64,000 bases of DNA from positions 25,668,001-25,732,000 of the forward strand of contig OX638161.1 of assembly GCA_951804945.1 (NCBI GenBank), written 5' to 3'. Positions 50,494 to 62,523 of the stretch are shown piece by piece. The notes beneath the pieces were generated by a model. That model was not told where the DNA came from. It did not search any database and was given only the letters and a program-made list of their open reading frames with translations. The position numbers were made by a program, and so were the translations under genes. The first letter of the stretch is position 1, and every line of letters starts with the position of its first letter. The DNA is from Podarcis cretensis (Eukaryota).

Positions 50494-51026
50494 CATGGCT
50501 GGCTCTTTTGAGTCCAGGGATGAGGAAGGGGAAATCTGAGCTGTGAGAACAGGGGGAAGGTGTCACAAGCCCTTTTTCCTGTGGTAGTAGCCAATGACTT
50601 TTGTGTACTCTCATTCCAGGCCGTGTCATGTAGAGAGGGCTAGAAGACTATGTAGCAGTCTCCTCTCTGCCCAGTATCTTTTTTTGCCCACCCAAAATTC
50701 TTATTGAAATCTTCTGAATTCTCTGAAGGGGAGCATTGGGTAGCTTGTGAGAATGAGTTCGAAATGTCCACAGAGTGCAGAATTTGGACCCTAAGCAGGA
50801 GGAGGCTTTGCTTTTTCTTAAAAGGAAAATTGGTCTGGGGTGTGATTTAGGAGCACAGCTCACTTTGGGAACTCATCCAGCTTCCAAAATCTCACTTTTA
50901 TTAGAGCAGTGGGCACTGCCCTCCAAAGAGGAACAGCTAGAGTGAAGGCAGGCATGCAATCCCCTCTCCTCCAGAGCTGTGGCCCTTGCTGATCGGTGAT
51001 CATTGTTCCTGTCTTTCTCATCACAG

Positions 51027-51198
51027 AACTTTCTGAGGTCCTCTGGTCCATGGTGATGCGTCTGGGGCTCAGCGTACAGAGCTTGGCTGGTGGGTTCGGC
51101 ATGTTCTTCGTGTTTGCTGCCTTTGCCACCCTGACAGTGGCCATTTTGCTGATCATGGAGGGCCTCTCTGCTTTCCTGCATGCCCTCCGCTTGCACTG
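51027..51198 (+). CDS. ATP6V0A1: ATP6V0A1 coding exon 19
   Basis: [56 protein letters not shown](W); 172 nt. Confidence 0.97.
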
Positions 51199-51636
51199 GT
51201 AAGTGTCATCTGGTACAGCTCTGCACTGCAAACAAACAAAAGCACAGTGGGTACAAAGTTTGCATCATGTTTGATCTCTGTCATCTCTACTTAAAGTATC
51301 TCAAGAAGCATGGCTGGGAAGTGCTCCTGCCTGAACCCTGGAAGAGCTGCTGGCAGTCAGAGTAGACATTGCTGGACAAATGAACTCAGGTTTAGGCTGG
51401 AGAGAGGACAGCTTTATTTGTTCAGGTCTAGTCAAGCTAATATCCATATTTCTCAGATGCATGGTTATTTGTTCTGATTGTGCTTTTTCCTTGGCAAGCA
51501 TCAGATTACTTTCTGGGGGCTTTTCTAAGTTCAAAGGGGGTGTCCCTGCTGCATTTTAACTACTTGCAGGATAGACCTGCAAGTCCTCAAATGCGCAATA
51601 TCTATTGCATATAGAATGAATGAATGAATTTTATTA

Positions 51637-52238
51637 CCGTATTTTTTGCCCCATAGGACGCACCGGCCCATAGGACGCACCAAGTTTTTTGGGGGGGAAA
51701 TAAAGAAAAAAAAATTTATTCCCCCCCCCCCGGCGTTTGTGGGGCCGGCAGCGGGGAGAAGCGCTCTTCTCCCCGCCGCCCGCCTGCAGACCAGGTCCGG
51801 GGACAGCGGGAAGACGCGCTGCGCCTCCCAGCTGTCCCCGGAGCTTGCAGGGCAGGCAGCGGGGAGAAGCACTCTGCTCCCCGCCGCCTGCCTGCAGACC
51901 AGGTCCGGGGACAGCGGGAAGACGCGCTGCACCTCCCAGCTGTCCCCGGAGCTTGCGGGGCTGGTGGCGGGGAGAAGCACGCATCTCCCCGCCGTCAGCC
52001 TCCAAACCACATCGGGAGACAGCGGGATGGCGGCGTTCCGCCTCCCCGCTGTCCCCCGACCTTGTGGGGCTGGCGCTGCTGCTCTCCTGAAGCCTGGAGA
52101 GTCAGAGGGGTCGGTGCGCACCACCCCTCTCGCTCTCCAGGCTTCAGCGAAAGCCTGCATTCGCCCCATAGGATGCACACACATTTCCCCTTCATTTTTG
52201 GAGGGGAAAAAGTGCGTCCTATAGGGCGAAAAATACGG
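51637..52238. mobile_element. Tc1/mariner-type non-autonomous element with GC-rich 108-bp internal tandem repeat
   Basis: TIRs CCGTATTTTTTGCCCCATAGGACGCAC ... GTGCGTCCTATAGGGCGAAAAATACGG with TA on both sides; repeat units start at 51747, 51855 and 51963. Confidence 0.88.
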
Positions 52239-55200
52239 TATTTCGGTCACAGAGCAGTTCCAGCCCACATACAATATCAATATAAAACACGATAGGGATA
52301 CATTTGAATTTGCAATTAGGTATAACAGGGACAATACAGATATAGCAACAGTTTAAAAATATATAAATTAAAACTTAGTCACTAACATATAACCTAAAAT
52401 TGTCATTTAAAACCTTAATCATTATGATAGCGCAGCTTGTTCCCTATGTTTTATGGCAATCACACAAGTGCATATAGACTAGATTGAGGCTGGGGTTAGC
52501 TGTGCTGCCGACATCATCAACTTAAAGAGTGGTCAATGTGCACTGCGAAGCATGAATGAGTGAGAGAGTTCTTTACCTGCAGATAGGTTCAATTGGGGGT
52601 TGAAACTGGCTGGTCTCAAACCAAATCTGAAGGAGTCCCTTTTTGGTCAACTAACAAGCAAGGCCCTTGCCAGCACTTTTGATCCCAGGAGCTGCCCATA
52701 CAAAACTGCTGTAGTTTGCAAAAAGGATGGCATGCAAAGTCTTCTATGCTGTTTTTTAAGATCATAGGCATAGCACTACTGGATCAGAACTAAGATCCAT
52801 TTGCAGGCACATTCAAACAGATAGAATAGTTTTAAGGACAGTACAGTAGACAAAACTGAAGACGACCGTTCATCTTGTTTTGTTCTTTAAACCCAAGGCA
52901 GATATCTTTACATCCAGCTGGAAAAGCTTGTCAGAACAAAAATGTCTTCAATTGTTTCTGGAAAGAACAACTAATGATTGCCTGGTATATCTCAACATTA
53001 TAAAAGGAATATTCACTATCTATACACCATGATTTCATAAACCACCCTGTCCCCTTTTCTAAACTAAAAATTCCCAATTCTTGCAGAAAGTGCTTCAGCC
53101 TCTAGAATCATTTTGCTGTAGAAGCAGAATAGTGTAAACTTAAATGAATGGACACATAAAGTAAGTTTGTATGCCGTTGATGAATAATTATGATGACCAT
53201 GTTGTGTCAACACTTCCATGTGCAGTAGCAGTTTTCTTACATTTTAGAACTGTAGGCTGCCTCCAGAATCCAGCTTGATTTTTCCTAACCCAGCTTTAAC
53301 TCCTGCTCTCGGTAGGCCTGGCTTGTGACGTTTGTTTTCATGACCCTACTTCAAGTTTCAGTGGCTGGTTTGACTGGGCTCCATTCCTTGTCAGGAAAGC
53401 CCATCTTAGCAGAACAATAGCAGCTGCACCCCAAGCAATCATGACATCAGCCGTTATCTTGATCTTGTGCTAGGGGCCAGGGATTGCTGTCCTGGCCCAG
53501 CCTTTTCTTCTCTGTGCCAAGTTCAAAACAAATAAGCTTCCAGCAGGGGCCAGCTGTGTCTGGAGATAGGAGCGGTTGAGTCATTCTGCTGTAGGGCAGG
53601 AGTTGCTGTCAATATCTGGGAGTGTACAGGAATCCCCACTGCTGATTTAAGTGACTCTTAACTGAAAACTTTGAGGAGAAAGCCAGAGAGACAACTTTGG
53701 AGTTCTTTCAAGGTGCTGTTTTCTATCAGTACAGTGCAAGTGGCTGGAGTGTGTGTTGGGGTGGGGGTGGGGGTGGAGGAGAGGTTCCCTGTTGCATCAG
53801 TTGATCATAATTTGGATAGCCGGTGATGAGCTGCAGCCAAACCATTCTCAGCAAGGTTTTCGCAAAGGGTGAAAAATTGCACTTAGGTTATTTAGAGGTG
53901 CAAAATAATGAACCTTCTGCTCCTCAAATATAAATACCTTTCCAGATTGCAAAATCCACTTCCATTGGGGGTAACGACTCCATTAGAAAATTACTATGAG
54001 CTGTTTTCGATCTGTTGTGCATGTGCGTTTTTTTAAAAAAGGCAGATGGCAAAATTCTTTAAGGGGGGGAATAAATTAGGGAGTTTGACTCCTGAGGTGA
54101 CTAAATTCAGTGCTAATATGTGGAACTTGCAGCTCATGCATCTCTTCCCTTTAGCAGTGGAATCTGCAAGGTGGTGACACACACATATGGAAGGTAGAGT
54201 GGAGGGAGGAGACTTTGCAGATTTTGTTGGCCTCAGCAAATGGTCTTTATACTGAGTCAGACCATTGGTTCATCCAGCCCAGTTCTTCCACAGGCACCAA
54301 CCCTCCCAAGCTCCCATGTTGAGCTCTGTTAACCTGGAACCCATCTGATTTGGTGATGCCAAGGATTGCACCTTGAACCATCTGCATGCAAATGATTTGC
54401 TTTACCGCAGAGCCTTGTTGCTTCCTCTTAGAATTCAAAAGCTGAGGGTGTGTCACTTTTTGCTGGAGAGGAAGAACAGTGAATCTTCTTTCCTGCTGGA
54501 AAAAATGCTTTCCATCTCTCCTTCCTCAGCCCGGCCACTCCCGGCTGGGATGGGTTTATCTCGTAACTTTTCAGGCAGCAGTACATTCCAAGCAGATGGT
54601 TGCCTTGGCTGAAAAACAAATAGTTTTGCAAAGCGGGGGCTTCCTTATCTCCACCGCTGTGTGGGAAGCAAGTGTGTATTTCGCTGCCAGTGCCATTGGC
54701 TGATCACGCTCTACCCCCTTAGCTGCACAAAGGGCCCTTTTGACATTTAGTTTGCAGCGAAAGGCATGTTGGGGTTCATTGTCTTGCCACCTGAGACCTT
54801 AGGAGGGCTGAGATGGAGGGCAGGATGGAGATGTGCTCCGGGGATTGAGGCACAGCTGGAATGGGAGTTTCCCTACACCTTGGGCATAAAATTAATGGAA
54901 TGGAAAAGAGAGCGATGGCAATGCAGTCCTCTTCTCTCTGCTTTTCTGTGTATTAATAACTGGCATGCAGTAGAACCCTTCAGCCTTAGGGAACTGAGTT
55001 CCAAAAAAGATAACTGAGGCCAGGAAAGCAGAATGAAAGTTATCCAGTTGGCCGGCGCTGCACGATGCACAGGAGGCGAGACTTGTTCCAGTTGGAGAGG
55101 GCGAGATCTTTGGCTAAAAGCAAGGAACCACCTTAGCTCCAGATGGCTGGGCCAGGAGGTTGGGGGGGCGGGGGAAGGAGGCTCAGGTAATTAGGTGCCA

Positions 55201-58200
55201 ATGGGGAGCTACACATTCCATGGCTGGAAGGAGCGGAACATTGGGACATTCCGTTGAGGGAGGATGTTCTGTGGAACTGTGTGTGTCTCCGTGTGTATAC
55301 ACTTAATTTGATACAGGCCTTAGTAGAATCTGAGCTGAACTCGGAAGGGGAGAGGGATTGTGTTCCTCTGCTCCTGCAGTCTCCAAGTATGTGTGCTCTT
55401 GTCTAGCAGTAGGATACTATCACCAGCTCCTCTCTTGAAATCATGCAAGGCCTTCTGGGGTTGCAATCTTTTGACTCGGTGCTACCCATCTCCTCCTCTT
55501 GCCCGGGAGGGTGGGAAAGGGGGACTTTTTTGTTCCTGACCACCTGCAGTTTCTCCGTCCACCATCGAATCCTGCAAATGGGAGCCCCTTCCAACTGCTT
55601 TCCACGCCTCTACTTGGGGCATGTGGAAGGTAATGTTTCCAGACACAGTGTTCCCTGGACCCGACGGCTGGCAATTCATAAAGTTCCTGGGCTGAATTGC
55701 TGCGTGCCCATTGGAGAACAGTGAAACTGAGACCGAGGAGCTCCCCCACCCCACCCCTTTGGATGTGAACCACAAATTTCTTGCCTGCCTCTTGATCACG
55801 CAATGCCTGTTGCCAGAGACATGAGTCTTGAAACTCGCTAACTTCTTTTAAAAAAGGCTTGAAATATGGCCACCCCCGTGTCCCTGCCAATTAGTGAAAC
55901 AAGTGGAGAGGAGCAGAGCGCGCAGCTGTTTCCAGTCTGTAAGTGCAGCTGGCACACCCTGGATATGCTGGGAATGCTTGGCGGCCTGGCAGCGCAACTG
56001 GTATTCTCAGTCGGGGGGAGCTGTTCGCCGTCCAAGTGACGTGAGCATGCTGGCGGGAGCAAAGAGAGCGGAGGTGGTGGTGGTGGGCTGTTGCAATCCT
56101 CTGCCCTTTCGCTCTGCAATGGTTTTCCCTTCTTAGCTTATCAGAGGCTGCATTTTGCTTGCGTCTGGGGTATATCGCTTCAGCCTATGGGTGGGCGGCT
56201 CACGTGACTGAGCTCTCCTCCTTAACATGCACAAATCTCTGCATGTAGAAAGGTGGTGTATCAGGAAGAAGAGCTCTAGCATAACCTTTGCCCTGATGCA
56301 CTAGTCTTCTGTGTGCAAGGATTTTGCTCATGTGGGTGTGGCAGGCGAATCGTGAAATTGGAGATTTTGCAAAGGGAGAGAAGGCTAGTTCATATTGGTA
56401 GCTGACAAATTCCATCTGTGCCTTTTGCCTTTTGGGGGAAGGTGTTGCATTTGCTTGCAAAGGTGTATGAGAGTTTGCTTGATCCATTATGCCTTCTCAC
56501 TGCCCCTGAGTTAAATGGAGTTTCTCTGTGTTCTCTGGTGTATTTGGGTTTGCAAGATGGATGTTAGTCTTTAAAAAGAATCCTGCACTTGAAACATTCC
56601 ACCCTAGAGGAGCAGCGGCAGCAAATCAACTCGTACTCCGTTTTTCTCTGTATCTGGCAGATGAAGGGGATGGAAAATGTTTCTCACCACAGAGCCAAGA
56701 GAAGAGCACGGGGTTTGTTTTCTTAATGAATCATGGGGTTTTTCTTTCCATGTTTGGTGCCTGTTTATGATTGGGCAGCCTTCCAGTACCATTCCCTTTA
56801 CATTTTGAGTTCATTAGTGGAAACGGCAAAACAGCAAAAGAAACAAACCGATCCTGGAATGCAGGCCTCTGTTCCTTTCTCTGGTGTTTCCCTGTGGCAC
56901 CCTGAAGTTGGTGATGGAAGAAGAGGGGCTCCAGACTGCTCTGGTTCAAAAGAAAGACGTCTCGTTTGCCGTGGCTTAGATGGGCATTTAGAATAGTTTT
57001 TGGAGTGCAGCTGAGGTGAGCTACACAGATCTGAAACGAACTGTGACCTTGCTTTTTGTATGGTATTCCAGTACTGAATCTTTAGCTTTTTTGCCAAAAT
57101 GGAAGATTTTCGTTCCACTTTGTGAAATGTATCGAAGCCTAATCAACTTGAATCGTTCCCTTCCCTTTTCTTTTTGAGGGGAACATCATAGGTTAGGGAA
57201 GACATGATAACAGTGACCCTGACTTGGCTGGGTGAACCTAAGACTTTGGATTGATGTCCAGGTAATGGCCTTCCACGAAATCACTACTGGGAGAATGTGG
57301 CATACTTGCAAAGTTCCCTGGCATAGATACAACCCCGAAGGCCTTGCAAGAAATGGGAGGGGGGAACCCGGGTACCTATGCCATGTTGTGCTACACCCCT
57401 GTGGTTTATTTGAAAAAGGCCTTGGGAGACCTCAGTTCAAACCCCTCTCGTCCATGATGCGTTAGGATCAGTGACTATATTTCAGCCTAGCCTGCCTCAC
57501 AGTGAATGGCGAGGATAAAATATGATAACCTCCATGTATTGCCCTGAACAATTTGGAGGAAGGTGGAATACAAATACGGTATACACCACATGAAGCGCTC
57601 TCTCTGTATGTGTGTTAGAATCTTGGCTGGTTCTGAGTTGGATGTTTAACTGGTCACCCCTGGGAATTTCAAGAAAATCATCATCTTTGGGAGGATGCAG
57701 AATGCTCTTTGGAATTCTGAACCATCAAATCATCCTGACCTCAGAGATGAGGAATAGGATTCTGCATCACTGACAGTCCAGAATTCTAAAGAGCCTGTCC
57801 TTGCAGGGGTTGTCACTCACGGTTCTTCTGGGGTATATCCATGGAAGCTGCTTCGGTGCCTGGTTTCCTGTTGTGATGCTAAACCAGATGCAGAGGAGAG
57901 AGTCTAAAGTAGTGCTGTGTTGGGCATTCAGTCCAGGTGTGCCCCTTGCCCTGAGCCTCCTAGACACATGGTTTAGCAGAGATAGACATAACCACAATGA
58001 TTGTGTTTTTCCTCCATTGTCAGAGGTAGTGTGCCCCCTGAATGCCCACTTCTTGGACTCACGAGAGGATAGAGTGCTGTTGCACTCAGGTCCTGCTTTG
58101 GGGCTCCGCATGGGAATGGGGTTAACCACTGTGAGAACAGGGGGCTGGACTAGATGGGCCTTTAGCCGGATCCACTTTAAGGACATATCCCATCCACCCA

Positions 58201-58587
58201 GAAGTGCTTGAGAGAGGTGTGGAGCAGGGCCAGTGAGAGTCCAGAGGGATGGATAGAGGGGCCTGTATTCAGCCACCAGACCTGAGGTTCCCCATTCCTA
58301 CTTTTGGGCATAGAGTGCTGTTATCGCTTGCATGCCTGAGTCCTTGCACTGATACCCACTCACATTTGCTGCAATTTGAACCTTCTGCAAAGGCAACCGG
58401 GAGGGGGGCTGTGGGTTTAAACTTGGACAGGGAATTGGGATATCTGAAACGGTACATTGCAGTAGTAAAACATGAATGCCATAGAAAGGATAAGGTCACT
58501 GCCACTTTTGAATCTCGAAATTCTTTGACATGCCTCCTGAGCTGATGGTTGTTTGCTTCTTGTGTTCCTTTTTTTGTTTCTCACTAG

Positions 58588-58681
58588 GGTGGAATTTCAG
58601 AACAAGTTCTACATGGGCGCTGGGTTCAAGTTCCTCCCTTTCTCATTTGACAACATCCGTGATGGGAGATTTGATGAATGA
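58588..58681 (+). CDS. ATP6V0A1: ATP6V0A1 terminal coding exon 20
   Basis: [33 protein letters not shown]; the constitutive exons sum to 2496 nt = 831 aa + stop. Confidence 0.97.
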
Positions 58682-60305
58682 TCCTCTTGAGGCCAGTTGG
58701 ATGGATGTGTGGCAGTAAACCTTGGCTCCCTCCTGCATGTTTGTGTTTACCTGTGTGTGATAAATCTGAAGTTGTATAGCTCTCCGGTTGTGTAGTCGAG
58801 CTGCTAGTGTGACAATATCATGCTTTTCTCATGAGAACCCCACTCAAAGGAGAAAGGGAATAATAGGAAAAACCTAAGAATCATAAGAAAATATTGTCCC
58901 TGTAATCACCTTGGCAGGTCCTGGGGTGTGGCAGTGTCCTTCAAGTTGCACAGACAGAGACTACCGTGGAGGAGCACATCCTAACCACCTGCAGCCTGTT
59001 AATAACAAGCATGTTAGCTGCTCAGTTTGGTACCAGAAAGTGAAGTGCAGTTCAAGAACACACATGACTAGAAACTTGTATAAGCTTCTTCTGGCAAATT
59101 GTCTTGCCAGAGGGGCCATTATTCCAGTCCAACCACACACACTTATCTCTCCTGACCTTTAGAGCAGCACACTGGACTACTAGCAACAAGTCCCAGATTT
59201 TCCCTGTGCAAAAGTTGAATTCCAGCTTTATGCCTATCCAGCGATTTGCTGGGGGCAGATTTTCCTCTTTTACTGGCACTTTTTCTCCCATGCCCTCAGT
59301 TAAATTGCCATCATAAAATTGCTTAAAAGGCAACACACATGACAGGCAAGAGAGCTCCCACCCCACCTGCGCCTGCCACACGTCCTAGCTTGAAGCTTGA
59401 CCTCTGAGCAGAGCATTGGCTGCTATTCCCTCCCCCTCTCATTGCTCTTGCTCTACTGCTTGTAAGCTACATTTTGTCCCCTCTTCTCTGCCTCGCCCCT
59501 CTGTGTGGGCGTAATCCTCTAGGAAACTCTGACCGAAAGCAAAGGATTCTTTGGGAAAGGTGACCCCCCACATGGCATTACAACTGGATGTTTTTGGAAC
59601 TGTCCTTCCCTGGACAAGAGCAGGTTGGCGAGGGAGGGAGGGAGTTTGCTTGCCTGCCCCATTGCAGAGCCGACTTGTGCCTGGCTCTGCAGGATTAGTT
59701 AATAAGGAATCTTTGACTCACCCTGCCTGCAACTCTGAATGGCTTGTTTTGTTCCAAGGAAACTGAGGGACTTTCACCTCCAGGAAGCTCCTATGTAACC
59801 CTGACATTACTAGATGGAAAGAAGAAGCAGGGTGGGGAAACCTGCACACCCCGATTACTACTGAGCATTTGTAGAAGCCATCCACAGCAGCCCTTGTGCA
59901 TTTTAGGGTGGGCTTTCCTAGGAAAATAGGAATCTCCCAAGGGCGGGCAGCATCTGCCTTCCCTTTGCCATAGGAAAGAGGCTCGGCTTTCTGTGCCTCC
60001 GTATGCTGAGTATTTATATGATTCGTGTGTATTTGTGTGACTTAAGCATGCACTGTTCTAGAATTGTCTCGGTATGAGGCCACCTGTGTCGCGCACTAAA
60101 GGCAAGAGCACTGGAACTGGTGTGGCAACTTTATGGGCAGGTGCTAATCCCTTATTTGCTCTTGAGTAGAGACTCTGAAGTATCAGGTGCTGCCATGTGT
60201 ATGTGTGAAATAGAGAGCAACCGGTCATTGTGTTTACTGTTACTGTTTTGGACAAGTGAAGTATTCCATCCCCCCTCTGGTCCTCATCAGTCAATCACTG
60301 TGTCT

Positions 60306-60350
60306 ATTAAACTAGTTCATCTCATCTCCTGTGTGTCCTGGTCTTCTTCT
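60306..60350 (+). terminator. Probable ATP6V0A1 polyadenylation site (ATTAAA + downstream GU/U-rich element)
   Basis: ATTAAA 60306-60311, CA dinucleotides 8-13 nt downstream, then TGTGTGTCCTGGTCTTCTT. A second AATAAA lies at 60401-60406. Confidence 0.55.
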
Positions 60351-62387
60351 TCTGTAGTGGGGAGGATTAACGGAAGGTGGTTGGCTGGGCTGTGTCAACT
60401 AATAAATATTGCACCCAATGCAGTCTAAAAACTGAATTCTGGGGTTGGTATGAATGATGCAGATGGGATTGCCTCTCATAATTTGCAGGGTGTATTCCAC
60501 ATTTCTGCCATTTTGCATGCTTCCGGTTGTGTTGCCGATGGGAGAGGCAAAGTCCTGCCTACAGCCAGCGACTGCGTGGGCAAGCTTTTTCAGCCTCCCC
60601 TTTGGCTTGTGGAACTCTCAACAAATATTTGCAGCTACAAGAGCTGAAAACTTCCTTTAGAAAAAAGAAGAAGTGGAGGGGAACGCCCTCTAATTTCCAA
60701 GGAATCCCAGAATCCACACAGCTGGGCTTGCTGTCTCCTGTGGGTGGTCTTTCAGGTAGGCCTAAGACCACAGAAAAGGCTCTACATCCTGTTTTATATC
60801 AGAGAAACTCCAGAGCTTGCTGCCTTCTCCGTGATGCAGGTGGAAGATATGCCCTTGCCCTCCCATTGGCATAACTGGGTTTAGGGTAATTCCTCAACAG
60901 CACAAGCTTCCTTGGAGAAGTGAAGGAAGCAAGTTATTATTTGTCTCACAGCTGCTGCAAAACTTGTGCTGATACTTGAAACGTCCATTACCTTTTACAT
61001 TGCAGCCAGCGCTATAAACCACCCTTGACAGCTGTGCTGTGTCAGCTTTTTGTGGGGAAGTTTTCCCCTCTGTGTTTTGCAGTGCATGGCTATAGTTGCT
61101 CCAGAATGGCTCACTTCTTCCCTAAAATTGCAAACAGCCTGCAAAGGGTCATATGTTTAGTGTCTTTACAGCACAATCCTAACCATGCTCACTCAGAATT
61201 CAGGGCAGGGAACTTCCTGCTGTCAATGGATCCATCCTTATTATGAGAAGAAACATTAAGTGGGCTGGGAGAGGGGTGGAGCAGCATGTGCTATCCTTTT
61301 TTCTCTGCAAAAGTTCTGCAGTGCTTCACAAATGCCTTCTGGATCTGTTACACAATGCCTGGGGAGAAGAGCCACATGGGATATGAGAGGAGCGGGTCAA
61401 TTGTGTTGGCACAAACCTATGTTCCTTCCAGCAAACAAAACTCCCTTGTGCATTGAAAACTAGCACATCTGGGATAGGTTTTTGCCTAGCCTCGTCCAAG
61501 CATGCCAAACATGCACATGATTCTTATTTTTCAGTGCAAATGATGTTGCCGTTCAGTCACAATGGTTCATACTGTTTGTAATAGCTGCAAATGAGCTGCA
61601 GCAAACCTCAGGTTTGCATGCTCCTCCTTCACTTATGTGACTTCTGCCACCATTAAATTTGCATGTTCTCTTAAGGTACCAGGGGACTCTTTGGCCTCTG
61701 TGAAAAACCATGCACACCGATGGTCCTAAATAAATAAAAGATGAGCAAGATGCTTTGCGAATAAGATCTCAAGTTACACATGTGCATGCTGGGATTTAAA
61801 GAGTGATTGAGAGACACTCCCTTGGGGTGAGGGGAGGTGGAGAAAGGGCATTGGTTGGAAGTCATAGAATGCAAATCCCTTCCAAGGCTGGTGATGAACC
61901 AGCTTTGTCACTATAAGGAAAGTGAGAGATTAATGCTTGAAAATGCATCACATCAGAACATCTCTGAATGCCTAACCACAGTGAATGTGCACTTCTGCTT
62001 TTTGCAACAGAAAGAGGAAGCAAGGTTTCTGTGAAAGTTTGAACTCTTAGCACTTTTTAGAGAAGAAAGTCACAGCTGGGGGCAGTGGGTATAAATATCT
62101 GGGTGACAGCTGGCACAATCAGAGTGTAGGAGAGAAGGGATATGAGACATGATGGTTGAGTGCTCTGGCATTTTTGGTGAGAGCTGGAAAAGACTGAGCC
62201 AGGCTTTTCTTGGTTTCCCTTTCTTCCCTAGTGGGTTCCACACACTGTCATCCCACCCCCAAATTTATTTGGTGGTCAGATTTGACCCATCCTCTTTTGG
62301 AATAGAGGTACTGTGCAACTTCCTTTGGCCAAAGGCTCTGTGAGTTTGCTGTACACCCCCCCCCTTTTTTATGTGTTCCTTTAAAGA

Positions 62388-62523
62388 CAGGATGGTGGAG
62401 CCTGCAGCCCTTCAAATATTCCTGGACTTCAAGTCCCATAATCCCTATTAGCTGTGCTGGCTGGGGCTGATGGGAGTTAGGAGTCCGACAACACCTGGAG
62501 GGCCACAAGTTCTTCATTTCTGC
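62388..62523. mobile_element. Degenerate palindromic hAT-like MITE (older copies also at ~1890-2030 and ~26815-26950)
   Basis: Decayed versions of the CCCTCCAGATG...CCCAT...ATGGGA...CTGGAGGGCCAC hairpin structure. Confidence 0.55.

Noticed and set aside
51531-52334. 267-aa, 192-aa and other overlapping ORFs with repeated peptides
   Set aside because: Produced by the GC-rich 108-bp tandem repeat inside a non-autonomous transposon; no transposase motifs.
51199-58587. Duplicated or mutually exclusive copy of coding exon 19 in the long last intron
   Set aside because: No second MEGLSAFLH-like or LSEVLW-like frame was found by eye or in the ORF track.
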